Shown: in pieces, positions 15,185-22,843 of the stretch | Numbering within the stretch: position 1 is the stretch's first letter | Layout: each line of letters starts with the position of its first letter | Notes under the pieces: model-generated | Database searches by the model: none | Told to the model about the DNA's origin: nothing | Seen by the model: the letters and a program-made list of their open reading frames with translations, nothing else | Assembly: GCA_003056265.1 (NCBI GenBank) | Contig: NBVN01000002.1 | Coordinates: 240,001 to 272,000 of the forward strand | From: Zestosphaera tikiterensis | GTDB taxonomy: Archaea; Thermoproteota; Thermoprotei_A; Sulfolobales; NBVN01 | Length of the DNA: 32,000 bases | Reading direction: 5' to 3' | Program-made: the position numbers and the translations under genes

Positions 15185-17017
15185 TCAGCCGTAGAGCGTT
15201 GAGGCTACGTAGTCTAGCCCTAACTTCTCTAATGTTTCTTTCTTAGGTATGCCTTCAGAATTCCAACCTCTTAACTCGTAGTATTTATCTAGCATGAAGT
15301 TATATCCGTTGAAATCTACTTTAGCTCCGCTTAGAGGACCTTTAGTTAACGGTTCCTTAAACCATCTAGCTGGGGGTATGTCCATATACCTACCCCAAGA
15401 CTTCCCTTCAGCTTTAAACTCCCTAACCCAGAAAGCCCTAACTAAAGAGTATATTCTCTGCGCTACTGTCATGAGCTCGTCCCACGTGAAATCAACGCCT
15501 GTTGCCGCTCTAATGAATCTGACGTAGTTTTGAATATCTAAACCTAACTCAACCCATGGAAGCCTGCATGAAACGAACGACTCGAACAAACCACCACGTA
15601 TGTTCTGCATCAACACTAACCTCCGCGGCTTTTCTTCGTTGTATAAATCACGCCCCATGTTTATCTCAAGCGAGATAAACCAAGCGTCTTTATGGTGAGC
15701 TCCTATGCTTGAAGTTCCATACGCTAACGCCATGCCGGGGGCTGCGTGGCAATCGTAAGCTGATATTTCAAGCCCTTTAACGTGCATAGCGAAGTCTTGT
15801 GCTTCACCACCTACGTATCTTGAAAGCCTCATAACGCCGTCAGCCATTAAGTTACCAAATCCCTCCCTTAAAGCTATCATCTTAACAGCCTCTAGAGCTT
15901 TCCTAAAGTCCCCCCATTCTAAAGTATAGTCCTTTATCAGTTTCTTCTCACTTAACTCCATAACATAGCCTAAAACGTTACCTGTGCTTATAGTATCCAT
16001 GCCGTAATCGTCGATGACGTTGTTTAGGTGTGAAACCTCAGCTAAGTTCCCTATACCTATATTAGAACCTAACATAGCCACATTCTCGTAATCCGGCTCC
16101 GCAACGTCTTTAGTGCCGTTAATTGAGTATTCAACGTAGTTCCTACACGGCATGTTACACATAGGGCAGGCTCCTGAAGCCACCTTCATTTTCTCCATGA
16201 TATCTCCTGAAATCCCTTCGTAATCATCGAAAACTGCTTCTCTGAAGTTGTAGGTTGGTAAGGCAGAATTCTTTTGAGACCAAACGATAGTTCCCATCGT
16301 TCCTTGCCTAACCCAAAACTCGTAAGCGGGCGCGCTCTTTAAGAAGTTGTAAGCCTCCGTAGCTGCTTTAAGTAATTCCCTCTTATTAGATGGTTCAGGC
16401 ATTTCACAACCTTTAAACACTACCGCCTTAAGTTTTTTAGAGCCCATTACAGCACCCATTCCGGGCCTTCCACCAGATCTACCATGCTCGCTTATAACCG
16501 TAGCGTAGAGGACCTTGTTCTCGCCCGCCGGCCCTATAGATAAAACACTTACGTCACTGCCAAACCTCTCCTTAAGCTTCTTCTCAGTTTCTCTAGTGCC
16601 CTTACCCCATAGGTCTTCAGCATCGTGAAACTCGACGGACTTACACGTTATGAAGAGAACGGTGGGTTTATCTGAAGCTCCTTTAACTACTATAGCGTCA
16701 TACCCGGTCTTCCTCATCTCTACAGCAGCCCTGGTCCCTATGTTACCGTCGCCGTAACCACCTGTTAACGGCGATTTCGAAGCTATTAGCATTTTACCCG
16801 ATGAAGGCACTGGATAACCTGTTAAAGGCCCAACTGCGAAGATTAAATGATTCTCTGGTGAGAGGGGGTTAACCCCAGGCTGGTTTAAATCCCAGAGAAG
16901 CTTAGCTGCTAATCCTCTCCCGCCGATAAACGCCCTTAAAGTATCTGAGGGTATGTCCACACTGTAGTAAGATTTCCTCGTTAAATCTACCATTAAGAGT
17001 TTTCTGTTCCAACTCAA
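15185..17017 (-). CDS. aor: Tungsten-containing aldehyde:ferredoxin oxidoreductase (AOR family)
   Basis: 610 aa. N-terminal FIGGRGLAAKLLW, a Cys cluster around GACPMCNMPCRN and EISAYDCHAAPGMALAYGTSSIGAHH are typical AOR family features. Confidence 0.9.
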   Translation of the reverse strand: MSWNRKLLMVDLTRKSYYSVDIPSDTLRAFIGGRGLAAKLLWDLNQPGVNPLSPENHLIFAVGPLTGYPVPSSGKMLIASKSPLTGGYGDGNIGTRAAVEMRKTGYDAIVVKGASDKPTVLFITCKSVEFHDAEDLWGKGTRETEKKLKERFGSDVSVLSIGPAGENKVLYATVISEHGRSGGRPGMGAVMGSKKLKAVVFKGCEMPEPSNKRELLKAATEAYNFLKSAPAYEFWVRQGTMGTIVWSQKNSALPTYNFREAVFDDYEGISGDIMEKMKVASGACPMCNMPCRNYVEYSINGTKDVAEPDYENVAMLGSNIGIGNLAEVSHLNNVIDDYGMDTISTGNVLGYVMELSEKKLIKDYTLEWGDFRKALEAVKMIALREGFGNLMADGVMRLSRYVGGEAQDFAMHVKGLEISAYDCHAAPGMALAYGTSSIGAHHKDAWFISLEINMGRDLYNEEKPRRLVLMQNIRGGLFESFVSCRLPWVELGLDIQNYVRFIRAATGVDFTWDELMTVAQRIYSLVRAFWVREFKAEGKSWGRYMDIPPARWFKEPLTKGPLSGAKVDFNGYNFMLDKYYELRGWNSEGIPKKETLEKLGLDYVASTLYG

Positions 17018-17094
17018 TTAACTCACCGAATAAATTACTTGTGCGTTCTTTAATATTTTTTAAGGTAAAAACCAGTTTATTAGGGATTAGTAAT

Positions 17095-17766
17095 ATGCCA
17101 AAAGTAAAGACAAAACTTGTGTCTTGGGATGAGATAGTCTCTTGGTCTAGAGACGTAGCTCAGAAAGTCTTAGACTCAGGCTATAATCCAGAGCTGGTTG
17201 TAGCTATAGCTAGAGGAGGGTATGTGCCGGCCAGGCTTGTATGTGATTTCTTAATGATTGAGAACTTAGTATCTTTACAGTCTCAACATTGGACTGAAGC
17301 TGCTAAAGCTGAAGAGAAAGCCGTAATTAAATATCCTTATAAGCTGGATTTAAAAGGGGGTAAGGTTCTCATCGTAGACGATATCGTTGATACAGGGGAA
17401 TCTCTTTTACTAGCTAAAGACTACATATTAAGGAATTGGAACGTTAGTGAGGTAAGGATAGCTGTATTGCAGTGGATATCCCCAGTAGCTAAGTTCAAGC
17501 CTGACTACTACAGCGTAGAAGTTAAAGATTGGGTTTGGTTCCAATACCCTTGGACCAGACTTGAAGATACCTTCCAATTCCTTAGAAGAATGCTTATGGA
17601 GGAGGGTAAATACAAAACGGTATGGACTTACGAAGAAATAATCAGCAAATTTATGGAGTGGTATGAATTAGACGTCGGTGAAAGGTACTTCAAAGACGCT
17701 ATAGAATGGTTGATTAAGAAGGGTATATTAAAGCATGAGGGAAATACTTACGTACTGACGCGATAG
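17095..17766 (+). CDS. Type I phosphoribosyltransferase (purine/xanthine-guanine PRT-like) with a C-terminal winged-helix-like extension
   Basis: PRPP-binding motif VLIVDDIVDTGESL; N-terminal VVAIARGGYVPARL. I prefer ATG 17095 (MPKVKTKLVSWDEI) over the track start at 17041. The C-terminal approx. 65 aa (TVWTYEEIISKFMEWYELDVGERYFKDAIEWLIKKGILKHEGNTYVLT) lie outside the PRT core. Confidence 0.8.
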   Translation: MPKVKTKLVSWDEIVSWSRDVAQKVLDSGYNPELVVAIARGGYVPARLVCDFLMIENLVSLQSQHWTEAAKAEEKAVIKYPYKLDLKGGKVLIVDDIVDTGESLLLAKDYILRNWNVSEVRIAVLQWISPVAKFKPDYYSVEVKDWVWFQYPWTRLEDTFQFLRRMLMEEGKYKTVWTYEEIISKFMEWYELDVGERYFKDAIEWLIKKGILKHEGNTYVLTR

Positions 17767-17768
17767 AT

Positions 17769-18299
17769 TTAAACCCCTAGAGAAATCGTTTCCTCGCTTC
17801 TTTGCTTAGCTATAAGCTCGGCTTCTTTGATTATATTCTTAGCTTCATTGCTAGCCATAACCTTTATTTCGTTATTTACCGGCATGAAATCCAGTAAGTC
17901 GTTAGCCCTGTCTATTAAGTCTTCAATTATCAATGTGAGGTCGCTGGGCAACCCCTCCTTCGGCATAACTTCCTTAAGCACTTCCTTCAACATAAGTATC
18001 TCTCTAGACGTGATGTTTATTAAGCCTAAAGTCTCAAGTCTTGTAATCAACACTTCAAGCGTTATCTCAATACCAACTACGGCGTTGTATATCTTAGTAA
18101 ACGTTTTCAAATTATCCTCTAGAGACTTCTTGATCGCAACGTTGTCTTCCTCCTCTAACCTACTTTTAATCTTACTCATACTTTCCTCTAACCTGACCCT
18201 ATAGTAGTAGGTTCTCTTATGCAGCTGTTTTAAATCTACGATAAGCCTCCCAGAACTCTTTAACACATCAGCACGAGTCCTCCGATTGTTGAAGATCAT
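17769..18299 (-). CDS. Small alpha-helical protein, possibly ESCRT-III (CdvB/Snf7)-like
   Basis: Preferred start is ATG 18299-18297 (MIFNNRRTRADVL...), with TTTAAA (18321-18326) about 22-27 nt upstream, as for a leaderless mRNA. Basic N-terminus, then long helices: RLEESMSKIKSRLEEEDNVAIKKSLEDNLK..., TLEVLITRLETLG..., and a C-terminal helix NEAKNIIKEAELIAKQ. The family call is tentative. Confidence 0.4.
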   Translation of the reverse strand: MIFNNRRTRADVLKSSGRLIVDLKQLHKRTYYYRVRLEESMSKIKSRLEEEDNVAIKKSLEDNLKTFTKIYNAVVGIEITLEVLITRLETLGLINITSREILMLKEVLKEVMPKEGLPSDLTLIIEDLIDRANDLLDFMPVNNEIKVMASNEAKNIIKEAELIAKQRSEETISLGV

Positions 18300-18353
18300 A
18301 TCCCCTAATAAAAACTTAGCTTTAAACAAAGTATTTAAGGAAAAACCCCAATT

Positions 18354-18427
18354 AAGCGTTTCCCAGACCACGGTATTTCTTGATGTTCTCAATTGCTCTT
18401 GGTTCCGTGGTCTGGTTCATCACGCTT
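18354..18427 (-). ncRNA. 74-nt stem-loop with a K-turn-like internal loop; probably part of a longer minus-strand ncRNA candidate (approx. 18341-18540)
   Basis: The minus strand reads AAGCGU-GAUGAA-CCAGACCACGG-(31 nt)-CCGUGGUCUGG-GAA-ACGCUU. This gives a 6-bp basal stem, a GUGAUGA box opposite GAA, and a perfect 11-bp upper stem (18363-18373 with 18405-18415). It is followed by GGGGUUUUU (T5 at 18345-18341). Upstream on the same strand is a GNRA-capped hairpin GCUCUAG-GCAA-CUAGAGC, inside an approx. 59% GC block. Confidence 0.3.
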
Positions 18428-18629
18428 CCTCTCGGAGCCCCTCACCGCAGTAGCTCTGCTCTAGTTGCCTAGAGCTTCAAAGCCCTACGTTTCAAGTAAT
18501 TAAGACTCATTCACAATATCTTAGGGTCTCAATACCTTGCTTCCTGGCTTAAGGTTTAAGGTTTATTAAAAGCTAGCAGTTCTAAAACGTAAAACACTTA
18601 TAACCCCTCTGAAAACATTATTTTTGGAT

Positions 18630-18746
18630 CCCCCGGTAGCTCAGCGGCAGAGCGCCCGGCTGTAGTCAGCCCCGGAGGGTACATATAAACGCTCAAGCCC
18701 TCCGGTAGATACCGGGTGGTCGGGGGTTCGATTCCCCCCCGGGGGA
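18630..18746 (+). tRNA. tRNA-Tyr (anticodon GUA) with a 45-nt intron at the canonical 37/38 position
   Basis: Acceptor CCCCCGG (18630-18636) pairs with CCGGGGG (18739-18745), and the discriminator is A18746. C1-G72 is the archaeal/eukaryal tRNA-Tyr identity pair. D arm GCUC/GAGC; anticodon stem CCCGG/CCGGG; loop CU-GUA-G|intron|A; T arm GGGGG-UUCGAUU-CCCCC. No encoded CCA. Confidence 0.9.
18666..18710 (+). other. tRNA-Tyr intron (45 nt)
   Basis: The intron lies between G37 (18665) and A38 (18711). It has an internal 8-bp helix CCGGAGGG/CCCUCCGG (18672-18679 with 18698-18705). C32-U35 can pair with GUAG (18705-18708), leaving 3-nt bulges AG|U and AU|A at the two junctions (BHB-like). Confidence 0.75.
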
Positions 18747-18784
18747 CTTCTCCCATGCTTCAAATTAGAACTAGGTAAAAGGCT

Positions 18785-19693
18785 TCATTCATTCAGAGGT
18801 AGCTTTTCTTTTATGAAATCTGCTAACTCTTCCGAAATGTCTAAGTAGCTCACCATATCATGAGTTACTTTAACACCTGTTGTGTTTAATACAGTTATAT
18901 GTGTAACTCCAGAAGCAATTAACTTTTCTAAAGCATTACCTACGAAGAGTCCATGACTAGCTAGTATATGTATCTCATCAACTCCTAACCTACGGAAGTA
19001 TGACGCTATATTAGCTATTGTACCGCCAGTACTTATTATATCATCAACTATGACTACCTTCTTATTCTTAACGTCAACGTTACTTGGTAATTCATGAACT
19101 ACCTGACCCGTCACTCTATCTCTAAACTTATTAATCACTATATAGTCTATATTTAGAGCTTCACTTAAGGGTTTCACCCTTTTTAAAGCTCCAACGTCTG
19201 GAGCTACTATTAGGAAATCCCCCCTTACATACTTACTTAAGTACTTGACGAAGGTTTTTACCGGTATTAAATTCTCTATAAACCCTTCAAACTCACGTAA
19301 AGTTACTTCACTATGCAGATCCACCACGAAAATCCTCTCAAGACCTGCACATCTTAAAAGTCTTAACAAAGAATTAACGCTGACAACCTCACCTTCCAAG
19401 AATTCCTTATCCTGCCTGGAATAAGCTAAGTAGGGGATCGCCGCATACACATGTTTAACACCTTTAGATTTGAGGGTTTCAACAACGTATAGAAGCTCTA
19501 CTATCCTACGGTCTTGCTCAGGAAACATCGTCTGAATCAACATTACGTGCTTTCCTAGGGTTAGGCTAGGTATTCTTAAGTAGGTTTCGCCGTCGGGAAA
19601 GACTTTATGGATGACCTCAACATTCTGAAGACCTAAGAACCTACTCAATTCACTACCTAAGTACGAACCGAGAGGTAAAGAGAGCATTATCAC
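18785..19693 (-). CDS. prs: Ribose-phosphate pyrophosphokinase (PRPP synthetase)
   Basis: 302 aa with YLAYSRQDK, VVDLHS, IVAPDVGA and the PRPP loop VVIVDDIISTGGT. Confidence 0.9.
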   Translation of the reverse strand: MIMLSLPLGSYLGSELSRFLGLQNVEVIHKVFPDGETYLRIPSLTLGKHVMLIQTMFPEQDRRIVELLYVVETLKSKGVKHVYAAIPYLAYSRQDKEFLEGEVVSVNSLLRLLRCAGLERIFVVDLHSEVTLREFEGFIENLIPVKTFVKYLSKYVRGDFLIVAPDVGALKRVKPLSEALNIDYIVINKFRDRVTGQVVHELPSNVDVKNKKVVIVDDIISTGGTIANIASYFRRLGVDEIHILASHGLFVGNALEKLIASGVTHITVLNTTGVKVTHDMVSYLDISEELADFIKEKLPLNE

Positions 19694-19846
19694 TTTATTA
19701 ACTCCCTACAATTTCTAGGTCTTAAACCTTAAAGACATTTTTAAATGACTATTAACTTGCCGACGACCGACATGAAGATATAGAAGAAGCTAGAGACGTA
19801 GCTTAGCAGACAATTCTTTTTAAAGCTTATTTAACTTCGTTAGTAG

Positions 19847-22843
19847 GTGATATTGGTGTCAAGTATTGATTTGGGAAGGCTGAAGATAAACGAACTTGAA
19901 AAAGAAGTGAAGGAGTTCTGGAAACGTAATGAAATACCTAGAAAATGGCGTTCTTGGACCGGTGATAAACCCATCTTCTCATTTCTTGAAGGGCCGCCAA
20001 CAGCTAACGGCGTACCTCATGTAGGGCATTTAAGAGGTAGGATATATAAAGACTTCGTTCTTAAGTACTTTAAACTTAAAGGGTTTGATGTATGGGCTCA
20101 AGCCGGTTGGGATGAGCAAGGCCTTCCAGTAGAAGTTGAGGTAGAGAAAACTTTAGGTGTGAAAAGCAAGAAAGAGTTAGGTAGTAGGATTTCCTTAGAG
20201 GAGTTCATACGAAAATGCAATGAGTTAGTAGATCATTACCTAGTTTTCTGGAGTAGGTACGCAACTGAAGATATAGCTCTATGGCTAGATCTGGAAAACG
20301 CCTACGAAACTAGAAGGCCTAAATATATAGAACATGTATGGTATCTAATGAAGAAGGCGTATGAGAAAGGACTTCTATATGAAGGGTATAGAGTATTACC
20401 TTTCTGCCCTAGATGTGAGACTGTGTTAAGCGATGCTGAAGTGGATCAAGGCTATGAAGAAAAGACATCACCATCAATAATAGTTAAGTTTAAACTAACG
20501 CAGGATCCAAACACATACTTATTGATTTGGACTACAACGCCGTGGACTTTAGTGGATAACGAGGCAGTGGCAGTAAATCCTAAAGGCATGTACTGTAAAT
20601 ATAGGGTTAAGGACGAGTACTGGATATTAGCTGAAAGTAGAAGCGAGTATGTCTTTAGTAACGCGGGTTTACAGGGTGTAGAATGTGTTGAGAGGTTTTT
20701 AGGCGAGAAACTCGCTGGTTTAGAATATGTTCATCCATTCTTGGAGGAGGTACCTACACATAAACAACATGCTAACGCACATAAAGTTTACGTTGCTGAA
20801 TTCGTTTCACTCGATGAAGGCACGGGGTTAGTTCATATAGCTCCTGGTCATGGCCCCGAAGATTATGAGTTAGGAGTTAAGCATGACCTACCCATAACTA
20901 GCTCAGTAGAGATCAATGGCGTCTTCAACGAGGACGGAGGTGTCTTCAAAGGCTTAAGCGTTGATGAAGCTTCTAAGGAAGTTATTAAACTTCTCAAAGG
21001 TAAGGGGCTTTTAATATATAGTGGAAGCGTGAGGCACGCCTACCCACACTGCTGGAGATGCCATACACCGTTAATCTACAGAGCGGATAGGCAGTGGTTC
21101 CTTAAAATATCTGCGATTAGAGACGAGTTAATGAAGGAGTTAAGTAAGGTTAAAATATACCCTGTTAAGCTTAGAGATAGGTTTGATAACTGGGTGGCTA
21201 ACGCTAAGGATTGGACTATATCACGTTCTCGCTTCTGGGGGACTCCACTACCTATATGGAGGTGTAAGGACAACCCCACCAAGATCTTAATCGTGGGGGG
21301 CATAGATGAATTAAGGCGTGTAGCTGTTAACGCTTCAGAATTCACTGATGATATGCTTACTCACAGGCCATGGATAGATAAGTTACGTATAAAAACGGAT
21401 GACTGCAGTGAATGGGTTAGGGAACCCTTCGTCATCGATGTATGGATAGATAGCGGCGTGGCTTGGATTGCTGGAGTTGATGGCTTAAGAAACAGTGAGT
21501 TATTTGCTAAGCTATTCCCCTATAACTTCATAACCGAAGCTGTAGATCAAACTAGAGGGTGGTTCTACTCGTTATTAACTACGTCAGTTCTACTTACAGG
21601 TAGAGCACCTTACAAGGAGATCTTAATTCAAGGGCATGTGCTAGATAAGTATGGTAGGAAGATGTCCAAACACTTAGGTAACGTTATATACGCAGAGGAC
21701 GCCATTAAGAAGTTTGGCGTTGATCCTTTAAGACTATACATATTAAGCACCTACCCACCCGGAGATCCGTTCATGTTTAACGCTGACGAGGTTAAAGACT
21801 CTTTAACAACGATGAATATCATTTGGAATATATTTAGGTTTGCGCACACGTATATGTCACTTGATAAGTTCAATCCGCGAGAACATACGTTAAAGAAGTT
21901 AATGCATAGGAGTAAGCCAGAGGATCTGTGGATATTATCTAAAGTTAATACTACGGCTCGAAACTTCGAAGAATATATTAGAAACTATAGTATACACTTA
22001 GCCGTTAAGGAGTTAACGAATTTCTTCATTGAGTATTTAAGTCATAGATATCTCAGACTGGTTAGGCCTAGAGTCTGGGCTGAAGAAAGTGAAGATAGAT
22101 ACGTAGTTTACGCTGTGCTTTACTACGTATTAAAGAAAGCACTGAAGTTATTGGCGCCTGCCCTACCCCACTTAGCAGAGGCTCTTTGGCAGAAGTTCTT
22201 TAAGGTATATGAAAAAGATCTAGAGGAGAGCATTCACTTAAGTGTTTTTGAAGGTATTGATGAAGATTTAATAAATAAAGAACTTGAAGAAGACTTCGAC
22301 CTCATATTTGAAGTTTCCAGTATGGTCGCCGCGTTAAGAAATACGGCAGGTCTTAAGTTAAGATGGCCTGTGAGGAAAGTTTACGTAGGTAGCGATGAAA
22401 ACGTTATACGTAGGTTAAGTAAATACCTGGAGGTTATATCATTTCTTACGAACAGCAAACAAGTAGAGCTCATGACATCATTACCTGATGTGTGCGTTAA
22501 TGACTCAAGCTATATATCTACAGAGTCTAAAGGACTTAAAGTATGTATTCCTAAGCTCTTAGATAAGGAACTTCTTCACGAGGCGTTATCGAGAGAGATC
22601 ATAAGAAGGATTCAAGTAATGAGGAATAAAGCTAACTTAAACGTTGATGAATATATAGAAGTTTCTATATCTACGGACGATCCTGAAGTAAGAACTGCCG
22701 TTGACGTTATGAAAGAATATATAATGAAGGAAGTTAGAGCGCAGAAACTATCTGAAGCCTTCAGCGACGATATGTTCATAATGGAGTGGGATGTTGAGGG
22801 CGTTAAGGTCAAGATAGGTATAAAGAGGGTAACACCTACATGA
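19847..22843 (+). CDS. ileS: Isoleucyl-tRNA synthetase
   Basis: 998 aa, class I aaRS. FLEGPPTANGVPHVGH (HIGH motif), GWDEQGLPVEVEVEK, the editing-domain region TTTPWTL, and KMSKHLGN (KMSKS). The N-terminal region closely resembles eukaryote/archaeal-type (type 2) IleRS. GTG start. Confidence 0.9.
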   Translation: MILVSSIDLGRLKINELEKEVKEFWKRNEIPRKWRSWTGDKPIFSFLEGPPTANGVPHVGHLRGRIYKDFVLKYFKLKGFDVWAQAGWDEQGLPVEVEVEKTLGVKSKKELGSRISLEEFIRKCNELVDHYLVFWSRYATEDIALWLDLENAYETRRPKYIEHVWYLMKKAYEKGLLYEGYRVLPFCPRCETVLSDAEVDQGYEEKTSPSIIVKFKLTQDPNTYLLIWTTTPWTLVDNEAVAVNPKGMYCKYRVKDEYWILAESRSEYVFSNAGLQGVECVERFLGEKLAGLEYVHPFLEEVPTHKQHANAHKVYVAEFVSLDEGTGLVHIAPGHGPEDYELGVKHDLPITSSVEINGVFNEDGGVFKGLSVDEASKEVIKLLKGKGLLIYSGSVRHAYPHCWRCHTPLIYRADRQWFLKISAIRDELMKELSKVKIYPVKLRDRFDNWVANAKDWTISRSRFWGTPLPIWRCKDNPTKILIVGGIDELRRVAVNASEFTDDMLTHRPWIDKLRIKTDDCSEWVREPFVIDVWIDSGVAWIAGVDGLRNSELFAKLFPYNFITEAVDQTRGWFYSLLTTSVLLTGRAPYKEILIQGHVLDKYGRKMSKHLGNVIYAEDAIKKFGVDPLRLYILSTYPPGDPFMFNADEVKDSLTTMNIIWNIFRFAHTYMSLDKFNPREHTLKKLMHRSKPEDLWILSKVNTTARNFEEYIRNYSIHLAVKELTNFFIEYLSHRYLRLVRPRVWAEESEDRYVVYAVLYYVLKKALKLLAPALPHLAEALWQKFFKVYEKDLEESIHLSVFEGIDEDLINKELEEDFDLIFEVSSMVAALRNTAGLKLRWPVRKVYVGSDENVIRRLSKYLEVISFLTNSKQVELMTSLPDVCVNDSSYISTESKGLKVCIPKLLDKELLHEALSREIIRRIQVMRNKANLNVDEYIEVSISTDDPEVRTAVDVMKEYIMKEVRAQKLSEAFSDDMFIMEWDVEGVKVKIGIKRVTPT

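Noticed and set aside
17041-17094. 18-codon upstream extension of the phosphoribosyltransferase ORF
   Set aside because: It starts with a non-ATG codon only 23 nt from the divergent aor start, and the extension (MRSLIFFKVKTSLLGISN) reads like AT-rich promoter sequence. ATG 17095 is followed directly by conserved PRT N-terminal sequence.
18547-18571. TTAAGGTTTATT motif shared with 12897-12912, and a local tandem AAGGTTT AAGGTTT
   Set aside because: This is best explained as generic BRE/TATA promoter sequence upstream of + strand genes (GPN GTPase and tRNA-Tyr), not as a repeat family. There are only two occurrences, each about 12 nt.
19847-22843. IleRS as a possible horizontally acquired, bacterial-like copy, because its N-terminus closely resembles Thermus-type IleRS
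   Set aside because: Type 2 (Thermus/eukaryote-like) IleRS is the form normally related to archaeal enzymes. Composition and codon usage look like the neighbouring genes, and the gene is translationally coupled to the next one. Nothing in the sequence supports recent transfer.
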